DNA of 64,000 nt from Cyanophyceae cyanobacterium (GCA_038321985.1 JBBQFN010000006.1:96001-160000); one strand, 5' to 3'; shown: positions 1 through 10,775, counted from the stretch's first letter. Notes: generated by a model from the letters alone, not told the origin. Program-made: numbers and translations.

Positions 1-168
1 GGCCGAAAAGACGCGGGGTTTCTCTTAGAAAAAAGTGGGCGATCGGTTAAGCTGGCTTTAGTGATGCATTGGACTGCTTTAGACAAAGAATCAGCCCAAG
101 CGTTGCTAGATAATCATAATGGACAATTGCGATTGGCAGTAGACAGCCTCAAAAATTCCGCATCCTAA
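1..168 (+). CDS. murQ: 3' end of N-acetylmuramic acid 6-phosphate etherase (partial)
   Basis: Frame 1 open to TAA at 166-168: GRKDAGFLLEKSGRSVKLALVMHWTALDKESAQALL... resembles the cyanobacterial MurQ C-terminus. Confidence 0.7.
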   Translation, partial: GRKDAGFLLEKSGRSVKLALVMHWTALDKESAQALLDNHNGQLRLAVDSLKNSAS

Positions 169-241
169 ACCCGGGTAATCCTCAACTCTCTCTCCCCATC
201 AAAACTGCTCACCTTTAACTTGAAGTATTAATTGAGGAATC

Positions 242-1336
242 ATGACAGATAGCTCACCCGAAATGCCCCAATCCGGTACAGAACCGGCTTTATCCCCCCA
301 AGAATTGGAAGATTTAGTGCGATCGCTGCGTCGTAAAGAAGGAAATTGGGTAAGCTGGGGGATGGCTTGCCAACGCTTACAAAAAGCCGGTTATAATCCT
401 CAACAAATTTTTGAAGACACTGGCTTTGAGCAGATTCAACAAAATCAAGTCATTGTCGGCTACCAGGTTTATAATTCCATCATCGCTGCCGGAGTATCTG
501 AGGAAACCCAGTCCTACTTTAGCCGCAAAGGTAGCGATATTCTTTACGAACTGCGTATCCTTAACCAACAAGAACGCGCTAACTCCGCTGAATTTATTGT
601 CGCTAAAAACCTGGATGTGGATGAGAGTCACGAACTGGTAAAAGCGATCAAAGATTTATCCCGACTGGCAAAAATTCCCGAAGCCTTTTCTACCCATCCC
701 GGGGATGCAGTCGCCTATCAATGTTGGAAACTTGCCCGCCAAAAATCTGATTTACAAGAGCGATCGCGCTTAATTGCCCGAGGATTATCCTTCGCCCACA
801 GTCTCAGCGCCCGCCAGCAAGTAGAACAACTGCTGACTGATTTTACCATCACCCGAACTCAAACCGCGCCTACCTTATCGGTTTATCGTTTAGAATCCGC
901 TGAAGAACTGCCTAGAATCCTCCCAGTTGTAGGCAGAATGCCCCTGACTGTAGAAGATTTACAAGCGGTTCCGTTAATAGAACCCGAAGAACCATTTGGC
1001 ATCGTCAAATCTTCGGGAAATGCTGCCTGGGTTCCCGTCCCCAGTTGGCAAGTTCTCTTACGCGCAGAAGATCCGGTTACTATCCTCTGGTATAGCGAAG
1101 ATTTGCCGATCACCCTCCGTGGAAAAGCCGAAGAAGTGTTAGTTGTAGTTGATCGCGCTGCCCGCCAGTGGGACCCCACTGGGTATTTTTTGTTAGAAGA
1201 AAATGGACAACTCAAAATGCAGTGGTTTGAACAAGAACCGGATATTAAAATTCTGGGTCAAGTCTTGCTAGTTCTGCGTCCTAAAAAATTCTTAGATGAA
1301 GATTTTACTAAAGAAATGTGGCAGATGGATGAATAG
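242..1336 (+). CDS. raf1: RuBisCO accumulation factor 1
   Basis: LRRKEGNWVSWG...QQNQVIVG...ILYELRIL N-terminus and VLLVLRPKK...WQMDE C-terminus typical of Raf1. Confidence 0.93.
   Translation: MTDSSPEMPQSGTEPALSPQELEDLVRSLRRKEGNWVSWGMACQRLQKAGYNPQQIFEDTGFEQIQQNQVIVGYQVYNSIIAAGVSEETQSYFSRKGSDILYELRILNQQERANSAEFIVAKNLDVDESHELVKAIKDLSRLAKIPEAFSTHPGDAVAYQCWKLARQKSDLQERSRLIARGLSFAHSLSARQQVEQLLTDFTITRTQTAPTLSVYRLESAEELPRILPVVGRMPLTVEDLQAVPLIEPEEPFGIVKSSGNAAWVPVPSWQVLLRAEDPVTILWYSEDLPITLRGKAEEVLVVVDRAARQWDPTGYFLLEENGQLKMQWFEQEPDIKILGQVLLVLRPKKFLDEDFTKEMWQMDE
319..326. repeat. HIP1 octamer GCGATCGC (example; dispersed at high density across the window)
   Basis: Recurs throughout, e.g. 760-767 and 57313-57320. 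Confidence 0.9.
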
Positions 1337-1473
1337 ATTTTTTGCCTACTTCTAGGGCAATCACTCCACCCTTTTTTCACCATCGTAGTTAGCTTTTAAA
1401 ATTGAGTTTAGGGGGAGTCCAGTCATTAATTCAGGATAACAACCATCAATTTATGACGGGACGAAATACCCCC

Positions 1474-3273
1474 CTACCTCAAACCACATCTATAAAGTTG
1501 ATAGGGAATTCCTAACCGATAATACTGGCTGGAGTCGAGGGTACAGGGGCGACTACCTAAGAGAAGTTGCGGAGGATATTCCCGTTGCCGTAAACCGGGT
1601 GCTACGATCCATAAATTCAGAGGAGGGGGGGCTAATTCGGGAACTTGAACTAGATTGTCCCACAGGGATTGATAGCTAGGCGATCGCTTCATAAATACCC
1701 AATAAGTTTCTGCGGTACGCGGGGAGTTATTCTCTCTGATTTTATCCAATTCCAGAGCAAAACTTAACCCCAATGCCACCTCTTGGGTATTCTCATATCC
1801 TACCACCACCATCACCGATACAGCCGGTTCTAAATTAAGCGTTTGCGCCACCCCTTCAGGGTCATAAGGTTTTTGAAATACCCAATTGGATACCACAAAA
1901 ACACTACTTATCACCCCAACGATTAGAAAAATAGGAATCAAATAAAACTCTCCCTTTTCCCTACCTGTGCTAATCAATCCTTTCTCCTCAATCCCCGTAG
2001 GGCTTCCTACCTGTCGCCCCACCTTAACTAAGTGTTGGGTTGGATTCAGGGTTAAACTTGCCCCCAATAATGCACAAATACTCGGATAATAAATAAAATG
2101 ATACCGGACTGCGGAAGTGATATCTTTGCCCAATAGATAAACAATTGCGAGATATTCCAACAGTACAAAGCCGGTAAATAATATTAAAGCTAAACTAGAA
2201 AAATTATTTCTTTTGCTTGTAGTTAATATTTTTACTCTAGAAAAAATAGATTTTAAAAACCATCCTGCAAATAAAATCATAAAAATAGCCGAAGGAATAA
2301 CAACCCAAATCGGTTGACTTTCCACCGGGAATGCCACTATCATCACTAACCAACCGGCTAAAGTTTGAAAAATGGGGGTGAAACTATCCACCCAAGAGGG
2401 TTCAAAGGGTTTAAACCATTCCGTTTCGGGACGACTAAAATGGTTGTAAAGAGTAGGCAACCAAGGCAGATAGAATAATAAAGGAAGCAACCCATAAAGC
2501 CCCAAAAATATCCAATATTTAGGCTGTAAACCTCTAATTAGCTCAGCCTTTAAAGGTAATATTGGTTCAGGTGGAGCTACTTTTTTAGGCTGTTGATTTC
2601 CTATAATTAAAGCCAAAATAGTCAACCACTCAGCCCCCAAAGCTAGGAGGAAAAAATAGTGGGTGTACAGTCCCAAAGTATTGGCGATCGCCCAACTAAT
2701 TCCTACCCTAATGCGAACTTTTCCCCGTTGATATAAATCCTTTTGAATCTGAATAAATCCTATCAGGGATAAAGTAATCAATAGCATCGATAGAGTGTAA
2801 TGCCGCGCCTCCTGGGATAGATAAACCGCAAACGGAGACACTGCCATCACTGCTGCACCCATTAACCCGGCTTGGCGAGAAAAGGCGACTCGATTTAACA
2901 CATACATGGCAGCGATCGCACCCACTCCAAACACGACCGAGAGCGATCGGGTCTGCCATATCCAGGACCCCTGAATCCGGCTCAACCAGCCATGAGTTAA
3001 ACAAAAAAACAGAGGTGGATGAGTCGATTCTGTTGCCACCGTTTGGGCAATTGGTGGACAACTTGCTGCCGTATTTAAAGTGAAAATATCGGCAAATTCC
3101 CCCAGGGGAAGTACCACATCTAAGGGGATATCTTGATAACTGCGTCCCAAACTAAATAACCCGGTCAAAATTTCATCTAACCAGACGGGTTTGCCATCTA
3201 ATTGAGCAAACCGCAGGACAGTACCCAGAATGAGGATCCCCGCTAAACTTAAATAAGGTCGATACCTGTGCAT
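1474..3273 (-). CDS. GT-C/PMT-like (family 39) membrane glycosyltransferase
   Basis: WLDE, HPPLFF, SQEARHY, YTHYF motifs; many TM segments. Confidence 0.85.
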   Translation of the reverse strand: MHRYRPYLSLAGILILGTVLRFAQLDGKPVWLDEILTGLFSLGRSYQDIPLDVVLPLGEFADIFTLNTAASCPPIAQTVATESTHPPLFFCLTHGWLSRIQGSWIWQTRSLSVVFGVGAIAAMYVLNRVAFSRQAGLMGAAVMAVSPFAVYLSQEARHYTLSMLLITLSLIGFIQIQKDLYQRGKVRIRVGISWAIANTLGLYTHYFFLLALGAEWLTILALIIGNQQPKKVAPPEPILPLKAELIRGLQPKYWIFLGLYGLLPLLFYLPWLPTLYNHFSRPETEWFKPFEPSWVDSFTPIFQTLAGWLVMIVAFPVESQPIWVVIPSAIFMILFAGWFLKSIFSRVKILTTSKRNNFSSLALILFTGFVLLEYLAIVYLLGKDITSAVRYHFIYYPSICALLGASLTLNPTQHLVKVGRQVGSPTGIEEKGLISTGREKGEFYLIPIFLIVGVISSVFVVSNWVFQKPYDPEGVAQTLNLEPAVSVMVVVGYENTQEVALGLSFALELDKIRENNSPRTAETYWVFMKRSPSYQSLWDNLVQVPELAPPPLNLWIVAPGLRQREYPPQLLLGSRPCTLDSSQYYRLGIPYQLYRCGLR

Positions 3274-3320
3274 TTTTCAAAAATTGTCCGATTAGTTCAG
3301 TTCTAGCACCTATTTTATTC

Positions 3321-3920
3321 TTAGCGATCGATGAATTTAGGTTTCTCGATAAAGTCCGCAATTTCTGTAACCAGCCACTCTCGTTCTGTCATGGTACTGC
3401 CGTTAGTGACCGTATGGCGATAGGTATCTTGAACCGCCCCAAAATCAACTAGAAATACCTGGTTATTGGACTGACGAATAATATTTTGAGGTTTAATATC
3501 GCGATGGACAACCGGAGGGGTGAGTTGGTGCAGATAGGCTAGAATTTCTAAGATTTGTTTGGCAATCTCTCTGACTTCAAGTTCCGTTGGACGCCATCCG
3601 CTTTCTACCCAGTCTTGTAAGGATTGACCCGGGGCGATTTCTTGGACGATATAAAAGCGGCGATCGCCCTCTATATCAAGTTGAAAATAATCCAGATAAT
3701 TGGGAATCCCTGGATGATCCAGTTGCGCTAAAACCTTGCCTTCCCGTTCAAAGAGTTCTAGGGCTTTCCAGTCTTTCAACTGTCGCAGGGATAAGATTTT
3801 AATCGCGACTTGTTGGCCAATCTCCAAATCTTCGGCAGCATAAGTCGAGGCAATTCCTCCTTCTCCTAAGAGGTTAAGAATCTGATAGCGTTCCCTGATG
3901 ATATCTCCAGGTTGGTGCAT
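3321..3920 (-). pseudogene. Internally deleted Ser/Thr protein kinase (in-frame; N-lobe to activation loop fused to the C-terminal tail)
   Basis: VAIK, HRDIKPQN and DFG present, but GSTM jumps directly to TEREWLVTEIA, the tail of the two paralogues; GTYGYMxPE, C-lobe and TM region absent. Confidence 0.8.
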
Positions 3921-4197
3921 GAGTTTTCGCCTCTCTTTCTTCCCTGCTGGTTTCTGATGTTAGGACGAATCGGGTTAATCCCTCTTCCAGCCTAGGATGG
4001 CAACAGATGCGGTTGCTACAGCCATGGCGCAAACTCTTTGCCACTCTATACCTTGCCTACCCATGAATGCTGGATTTGTCTTGTTTGAACCGATTCATTC
4101 TATTCTAACCTATCGAAGGAATCGGTTACTATCATTGTTACCTTGTCGCCCATGAGAGCAGGTCCTTATCCAATGGATGTAGGTCCGATCTATATTG

Positions 4198-5568
4198 TTA
4201 TTGTTTGATTAAGTGAGGTTTTCCAAGAAAAGCAGCAATTTCCATTGCGATCCACTCTCGTTCAGTCTGAGTCAGTCCCGAACCAAATCGGTAAGTTTTA
4301 AATCTTGTTTGTAAGGCACAGGTGATAATAGAGTAACCTTGTATGGAAACCAGGGTGGAAAATACTTGCACACTAAAAATATCATGGATATTTCCCTGAA
4401 TTTCTCGTTGAATCCCTAAAAAATTCCATTTTAAATAAAATTGAGCTTCATGGAACTCTAAGCTAACTCTCCCAAACTGATTTAATAAAAAATCACCTAA
4501 TAACTTTATTTCCAAAAACACCAATAAAAACAAAAATAAAAAAATTGTTGGAGCTTGACTCGCGGCCAGCAAGATGAAGGGAAAGAAAGAAATATTCAAA
4601 ATTGTAATAATTAAAATTAAAGACAAAGATGGTAACTTCCATCCCAAAAATGGAATTTTTACTTCTAGTTTCCCAGGAGTAATTTTGAGAGAAACACGAC
4701 TTCCCGCCAGGTGATGATGATTAGTTGTTCGCGCCGGGACCCTTTCTTTTTTTGCCTTAAGCATTGCTTTTTTTGCCTGCAAAACAGCTAAGGCTTCTGC
4801 AGCAGAGGTAAAGCGATCTTCCACCAGCGGTTCTAACAACTGCTCTAACCAATCCGCCAGTTCAGGGGAAATATTTACCGAAGGACGAAAATCAATTTTG
4901 AGTCGTTTTTCTGGAAAATCTGCGGGTGTTTTGTGGGTTAATAAAAATAACAAGGTTGCCCCTAAACCATATAAATCTGTGGCAGGTTCTGCTTGTCCTC
5001 GAAACTGTTCTGGGGCCATATATCCATAAGTACCAACGAGGGTACTCCCGCTCGTCATGGTATGGCGATAAGTATCTTTAACTGCACCAAAATCGATTAA
5101 CAAAATCTTACCCTCAGACTGCCTAATAATATTAGGCGGTTTGATATCTCGATGAATCACCGGGGGGCTAATTTGATGCAAATAAACGAGAATTTCTAAG
5201 AGTTGTTGGGCCAAATCTCTGACTTCAAGTTCCGTTGGATGCCATCCTCTTTCTACCCAATCTTGCAAGGATTGACCTGGGGCGATTTCTTGGATGATAT
5301 AGAAGCGGCGATCATCATCTGTATCCAGCTGAAAGTAGTCGAGATATTTGGGAATACCTGGATGATTTAATTGAGAAAGTACCTTCCCTTCTCGCTCAAA
5401 AAGCTCCAGGGATTTCCAGTCCTTTAATCGCCGTAGAGACAGGGCTTTAATGGCCACCTCTTGCCCCATCTCTAAGTCATGCGCTGCATAAGTTGTGGCA
5501 ATTCCTCCTATTCCCAAGGGCTTAAGAATACGATAACGGTCCTTGATAATTTCTTCGGCTTGATGCAT
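4198..5568 (-). CDS. Hanks-type Ser/Thr kinase with C-terminal TM region
   Basis: GxGG, VAIK, HRDIKPPN, DFG, GTYGYMAPE; two hydrophobic segments. Confidence 0.92.
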   Translation of the reverse strand: MHQAEEIIKDRYRILKPLGIGGIATTYAAHDLEMGQEVAIKALSLRRLKDWKSLELFEREGKVLSQLNHPGIPKYLDYFQLDTDDDRRFYIIQEIAPGQSLQDWVERGWHPTELEVRDLAQQLLEILVYLHQISPPVIHRDIKPPNIIRQSEGKILLIDFGAVKDTYRHTMTSGSTLVGTYGYMAPEQFRGQAEPATDLYGLGATLLFLLTHKTPADFPEKRLKIDFRPSVNISPELADWLEQLLEPLVEDRFTSAAEALAVLQAKKAMLKAKKERVPARTTNHHHLAGSRVSLKITPGKLEVKIPFLGWKLPSLSLILIITILNISFFPFILLAASQAPTIFLFLFLLVFLEIKLLGDFLLNQFGRVSLEFHEAQFYLKWNFLGIQREIQGNIHDIFSVQVFSTLVSIQGYSIITCALQTRFKTYRFGSGLTQTEREWIAMEIAAFLGKPHLIKQ

Positions 5569-5683
5569 GATTTTTTCTTCTCAATATTAAAGACTGGGTA
5601 CAGTATCTGTTATAAATTTTCGATAGAAGGGAGGCTAAAAAACCCAATTTTTAGTTTTTTTTTATATCTAATAAACCGACAAA

Positions 5684-7051
5684 TTAGGCGTCGATAACTT
5701 TAGGTTTTCCAAGAAAATTTGCTATTTCTGTAACTAACCATTCTTTTTCTAGCTGGGTCAGTTTATACCCAAAATGGTAAGATTTAACTCCAACTTGTAA
5801 AACACAGCTTATGATGAAACGGTACTTTTTCCTGGACTTTTTTTTATGAATTCGCACTTTTTTTTTGTGGACTTCTACTCTAAAAACATCCTGAATATTT
5901 CCCTCAATTTTTCGCCTTAATCCCAGAAAACTCCAGAATATCTGAAATTGATTACCGTGAAAGTCTAGTTGAGTCGCAACAAAACAATCAACGAATTTAG
6001 AACCCAAAAAGCCACTTTCTAAAATCCAAATTAACAAAAAAACCAGGAAAAATACCCCGGCTTCCGAATGTAAAGAAACGGGGAAAATCCTAGTCCATAA
6101 AAAAATTGCCAAGAAGAGGAATAGTAAACTTGTTAAAGATTTTGAAGGATTTGATGGAATTGTTATCGATAGTTTTTTGTGGCTTTTTTGTAGAATAACG
6201 CTACTGTTAGCGGGTTGTGGATTACTCAGCGATCGCCCCGCAATAATTTCTCGGTGTGAATGCAATACTTCTAAGGCTTCCCGTGCCGATTTATAGCGAT
6301 CTTCAATTATAGGTTCTAGCAATCCTTCTAGCCAATCTGCTAATTCTGGAGAAATTGCCAGATCAGAACGAAAGTCAATATGTAGCTTTTTTTCGGGAAA
6401 ATCTGCCGGGTCTTTATGGCTTAACAAAAACAATAAAGTTGCACCTAAAGCATATAAATCAGTAGCGGGTTGGGCTTGTCCTCGAAACTGTTCCGGTGGC
6501 ATATATCCATAAGTCCCCACCATCGTCCCCCCCCGGCTTAAAGTATGACAATAGGTATCTTGCACAGCGCCAAAATCCACTAAAAATACCTTGCCATTAG
6601 ACTGCCGAATAATATTCTGAGGTTTGATATCTCGATGAACGACCGGGGGATTTAGTTCATGCAGATACTCCAGAATTTCCAAGAGTTGTTCGGCCATCTC
6701 TCTCACCTCGAATTCACTCGGATGCCATCCGCCTTCTACTAATTCTTGTAAGGATTCACCCGGGGCAATTTCCTGGACAATATAGAAGTAGCAATCATCG
6801 TCTGTATCCAGTTGGAAATAATCCAAATACTTAGGAATTGCTGGATGATTTAATTGAGACAGTACCTTGCCTTCTCGCTCAAAAAGTTCTAAGGCTTTCC
6901 AATCGGTTAACTCATGCAGAGATAAGGTTTTAATGGCTACCTCTTGTCCGATATTTAGGTCTTCGGCTGCATAAGTTGTGGCAATTCCTCCTTGTCCCAA
7001 GGTGTTCAGAATACGATAGCGCTCCTTGATGACCTCTCCGGGTTGATGCAT
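5684..7051 (-). CDS. Hanks-type Ser/Thr kinase with C-terminal TM region
   Basis: GQGG, VAIK, HRDIKPQN, DFG, GTYGYMPPE; two hydrophobic segments. Confidence 0.92.
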   Translation of the reverse strand: MHQPGEVIKERYRILNTLGQGGIATTYAAEDLNIGQEVAIKTLSLHELTDWKALELFEREGKVLSQLNHPAIPKYLDYFQLDTDDDCYFYIVQEIAPGESLQELVEGGWHPSEFEVREMAEQLLEILEYLHELNPPVVHRDIKPQNIIRQSNGKVFLVDFGAVQDTYCHTLSRGGTMVGTYGYMPPEQFRGQAQPATDLYALGATLLFLLSHKDPADFPEKKLHIDFRSDLAISPELADWLEGLLEPIIEDRYKSAREALEVLHSHREIIAGRSLSNPQPANSSVILQKSHKKLSITIPSNPSKSLTSLLFLFLAIFLWTRIFPVSLHSEAGVFFLVFLLIWILESGFLGSKFVDCFVATQLDFHGNQFQIFWSFLGLRRKIEGNIQDVFRVEVHKKKVRIHKKKSRKKYRFIISCVLQVGVKSYHFGYKLTQLEKEWLVTEIANFLGKPKVIDA

Positions 7052-7178
7052 GAGTATGCCCCTGATTTTGGTTGATTCTGTGGCCTGAGATGAGGGCGAC
7101 TTGGGTTAATCCTTCTTCGCAAGAGAGGCGGTAAGTCGCGCACCGATGTCGCCAACTGTTCGCCTCTCTACCCCTTGC

Positions 7179-8150
7179 CTACTGATTGATGCTCGATTCG
7201 TCGGGTTTGGATGACTTTATTCTGTTATAACCTAAAAATGCGACACCGACAAATAACAGGACAAATGGACTAAATGCCAGCAAATAAAGGGTTATTTTTA
7301 GGAGTCCTACGGTCACATCCCCTAGGGCTTCTGTGGCATTCCCCCAGGTCTTTTGCAGTTCTTTTCCGATAGATTTCTGGGGGAGTTCTGCGGCAGAAAC
7401 GGGGGATTCCAGGTTTAAATACAGGGTAGAATAGGCGACTTTGGTTCTGAGATTGGCTTGGACTGCATCGATTCGTTCAATTTGTTCACGAATTGTTCCA
7501 AGTTCTCGCGCTGCATTTAAGACATCTCCCACAGAACCCGAACGTTCCATAATTTTTAAAACCATTTCTTCTTGTTTGCGGAGATTCTTTAACCGCGCAT
7601 CGTTATCAATCAGTTGTGCCGAAACATCTTCGGCATTAATCGATCGATTGATTACTGTCCCTAGGTCAGCGATCGCATTAATGGTATTTTCTAACTGTTG
7701 CTGAGGAACCCGCAATTGCATCGAAACCACATGACGCGTATTTTGTGATCGCGGTTTGTTGTCTTCAAACTGTAACAAATCCCCTTGTTTTTGTTTAATA
7801 ATCTGGTTAACTGCTTCAATTTGCTCGTCAATTCCCTCTACTTCCATCGTCATAGAGGCAGTTTTAATCAGTTGCGGTGTGGCTTGGGGAATATCCCCTG
7901 GCGCTTGTGCGATATCCCCAACCATCCCCTCAGAACTGACTCGGTTAGCTGTAAACGGCGCGGATTCTTCAGGCATGGGTGCCGTAGCAGGAACCATTCC
8001 TTGCTGCGCGACGAGGGACTTATTCACGTCTTGGGAAGTCGGAATTGCGCCGCAACTGGCGATCGCACCGATCAGAATCAACAGGGGGAATAAGACGGGA
8101 GTTTGAGCCATTTTGCGAGGGGTCCGGGAAGCGCTGGGGTAAGGTTTCAT
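7179..8150 (-). CDS. DUF4349-family lipoprotein with C-terminal TM anchor
   Basis: Lipobox IASC; PQLIKTA...LRVP...EDVS..LIDNDARLKNL...VAYSTL pattern. Confidence 0.8.
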   Translation of the reverse strand: MKPYPSASRTPRKMAQTPVLFPLLILIGAIASCGAIPTSQDVNKSLVAQQGMVPATAPMPEESAPFTANRVSSEGMVGDIAQAPGDIPQATPQLIKTASMTMEVEGIDEQIEAVNQIIKQKQGDLLQFEDNKPRSQNTRHVVSMQLRVPQQQLENTINAIADLGTVINRSINAEDVSAQLIDNDARLKNLRKQEEMVLKIMERSGSVGDVLNAARELGTIREQIERIDAVQANLRTKVAYSTLYLNLESPVSAAELPQKSIGKELQKTWGNATEALGDVTVGLLKITLYLLAFSPFVLLFVGVAFLGYNRIKSSKPDESSINQ

Positions 8151-8336
8151 GGGATTTCTCCTGGGATAGCTAGAGTGTAAAATTAACGTTCGTTGCTGGG
8201 TTAGTCCTAAACTAACCTTACGGTTAGGGAAGTGGAGAATCTGCTACAAAAATTGAAACAGAGGCGACTGCTCCCAGAAAACGATAAACTCATAACTACT
8301 GCCCGTTTTCGTTCTTGTCGCCCTTTTAACCTCACT

Positions 8337-10775
8337 ATGTCAAATGATTTTTATAACGATTTGCCCACATCTGTTGCAGAACCTTTGACGCCATTCGCCC
8401 AAAAGCGCCGGGAGGCAGAACAACGCATCCGCAATGGATTACGTCCTGGACAGCAACAAATGGCGGATTGGTCCAAAGGTCCATTAGCGGTGTCTGCCGT
8501 ACCCGGGGCCGGAAAATCTAAGGGAATGGCGGATGCGGCAGCGTTGGCGATCGCTCGTTTTAAACTACATTATCGTCACCATTTAGTTGTAGTCACATTC
8601 ACCCGTTCTGCTGCGGCCAATTTGAAGTTAAAAATTCGCTCGGCACTACGGGAATTGGCAATGCCCCAAATTGGATTTACTGTAAATACTTTACACGGAT
8701 TAGCACTTTCCATCGCCTCGCGCCATCCCGAATTATCCGGTTTGGACCTGGATCAAATGACCTTAGTTACCCCCAACCAAAGTAATCGCCTCATCACCCA
8801 AAGTGTGGAACGCTGGATTGCCGCAAATCCCCAACGCTATCAAGTTTTGGTGCAAGGATGTCAATTTGATGGAGAGGAAACAGAACGATTGCGCCGTCAG
8901 TCGGTATTAAGAACGGATGTCCTTCCCCAATTAGCACATACGGCAATTCACGAAGCGAAATCTTCTGGTTTATTACCGGAAGATTTATTACAAATGTCTC
9001 AGGAATCCGACGGCCAAATTCCCGATGATGACTACGGCATTTTGGCGATTTCCGCCGGATTATATCAACAGTATGAGACCCTCTTGCGATCGCGTCAGCT
9101 CATCGATTACGATGACATGATTCTAGCTGCCTTACGAGTATTGGAAAACCAAAGTGCCTGTTATCTCTGGCAAAAACAAGTTTTTGCCGTATTTGAAGAC
9201 GAAGCACAAGATTCTTCCCCCTTACAAACCCAATTATTAGAGATTTTAGCGAGGCAGTGCGACTCCCCGGATGCACCGCCTAATCTGATTCGTGTCGGCG
9301 ACCCTAATCAAGCGATTAACTCCACATTTACCCCCGCTGACCCGATCTATTTTCGCCGGTTTTGTGAAGCGTGCGATCGCGACAATCTCCTCGCAACAAT
9401 GGACCGCGCTGGACGCAGCACCCAGATTATCATCAATGCCGCCAATTTTATTTTAAGTTGGGTCAATCGTCACTATACCCAGCAACATCAGGCCCCCCCC
9501 GAAATAGAACACCGTCGCCCTGCGGCTAAATTACCCTTTCGCCTCCAAAATATTCGATCCGTAGAATCTGGAGACCCCCAACCCGATGCCAATCCCCCCC
9601 ATACGGGCGGAGGATTAGAGATGTATCGACCTCGGGATATTTATCACACCATTGAACTAATCGCCAGGAGGGCGGTGCAGTTATTTAGTGAGACATCTGA
9701 GGAGCGATCGGCAGCAATCTTGGTGAGGGAAAACCGCCAAGGGCGATTGATACAAGAAGTGATGAGTAATCCGCGCTTATATGGAATCCAATGTGAGCTA
9801 GACCAACATAATATAGAAGTATTTGATGTATCTGCCAGCGATCGCCGTTCTCAGGTTCCCGCCGAAATGCTGGCGTTGCTGCAATTCCTTGATCGCCCCC
9901 ATTCCCCCGACTATTTAAAAAGCGTTTTACGCGTCTTAGTCGATCGCAATTTAATCCCCTCCCAAGACTTAAACGCCCTTACCAGCTTACCGGAACAATT
10001 TCTCTATCCCGGCCCTTTAGAAGCGCCTCAAGCCCCAGCCGTACTCCAAGCGCGGCGCTTCTGTTGCAGCTTGCTCACCGCGCGGATAGAACTCCCTTTG
10101 TATCAGCTGATTTCCTTTCTGGCATTAGCCCTACATTACGACTCCTCAGAACTCGCAACCGCTGATAAATTGGGCGATCGGCTAGCCCAACAAACAGCCG
10201 GAAATCCTTCCCTGTCTGGGATTTTAACCGTCCTCACCGAAATAGTCACCTCAGAACGCTTTGAACCCGTAGATACAGAAGATAACGCCGAAAAAATTTA
10301 TACTCGTCCCCGACAACTCACCATTGTCACCATGCACAAAGCCAAAGGACTCGATTGGGATTATGTATTCATCCCCTTTCTCCATGAAAATATGATTCCC
10401 GGAAAGTTTTGGGTTCCGCCTCCGGCACAATTCCTCGGTGAATACACCTTATCCGAAGTTGCCCGAGCACAAATTCGCGCCCATCTTCACCACAAAAGCG
10501 AACCCAATCCATGGGAAACCGAACTCTTTCATTTTCCCTCCATTACCGATTCCTGGCAACAAGCAGAACAACTAAAAATCGCCGAAGAATATCGATTGCT
10601 TTACGTTGCCATGACCCGCGCCAAGCGATTGTTATGGATATCTGCTGCTAAACAAGCCCCCTTTACCTGGAGTAAACCCGCCAATTTACAAGAGATACCA
10701 CCCTGTCCCGTTTTGCCCGCTTTAATGGAAGCCTACCCCGATGAAGTTGTCCACCTATCTGATATCGATTTTTAA
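8337..10775 (+). CDS. UvrD/Rep-family ATP-dependent helicase (ORF open from 8232)
   Basis: AVPGAGKS, TFTRSAA, EDEAQD, VGDPNQAI, TMHKAKGLDWD, YVAMTRAK. Confidence 0.92.
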   Translation: MSNDFYNDLPTSVAEPLTPFAQKRREAEQRIRNGLRPGQQQMADWSKGPLAVSAVPGAGKSKGMADAAALAIARFKLHYRHHLVVVTFTRSAAANLKLKIRSALRELAMPQIGFTVNTLHGLALSIASRHPELSGLDLDQMTLVTPNQSNRLITQSVERWIAANPQRYQVLVQGCQFDGEETERLRRQSVLRTDVLPQLAHTAIHEAKSSGLLPEDLLQMSQESDGQIPDDDYGILAISAGLYQQYETLLRSRQLIDYDDMILAALRVLENQSACYLWQKQVFAVFEDEAQDSSPLQTQLLEILARQCDSPDAPPNLIRVGDPNQAINSTFTPADPIYFRRFCEACDRDNLLATMDRAGRSTQIIINAANFILSWVNRHYTQQHQAPPEIEHRRPAAKLPFRLQNIRSVESGDPQPDANPPHTGGGLEMYRPRDIYHTIELIARRAVQLFSETSEERSAAILVRENRQGRLIQEVMSNPRLYGIQCELDQHNIEVFDVSASDRRSQVPAEMLALLQFLDRPHSPDYLKSVLRVLVDRNLIPSQDLNALTSLPEQFLYPGPLEAPQAPAVLQARRFCCSLLTARIELPLYQLISFLALALHYDSSELATADKLGDRLAQQTAGNPSLSGILTVLTEIVTSERFEPVDTEDNAEKIYTRPRQLTIVTMHKAKGLDWDYVFIPFLHENMIPGKFWVPPPAQFLGEYTLSEVARAQIRAHLHHKSEPNPWETELFHFPSITDSWQQAEQLKIAEEYRLLYVAMTRAKRLLWISAAKQAPFTWSKPANLQEIPPCPVLPALMEAYPDEVVHLSDIDF

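Noticed and set aside
242..1336. raf1 unlinked from rbcLXS
   Set aside because: Common arrangement in beta-cyanobacteria
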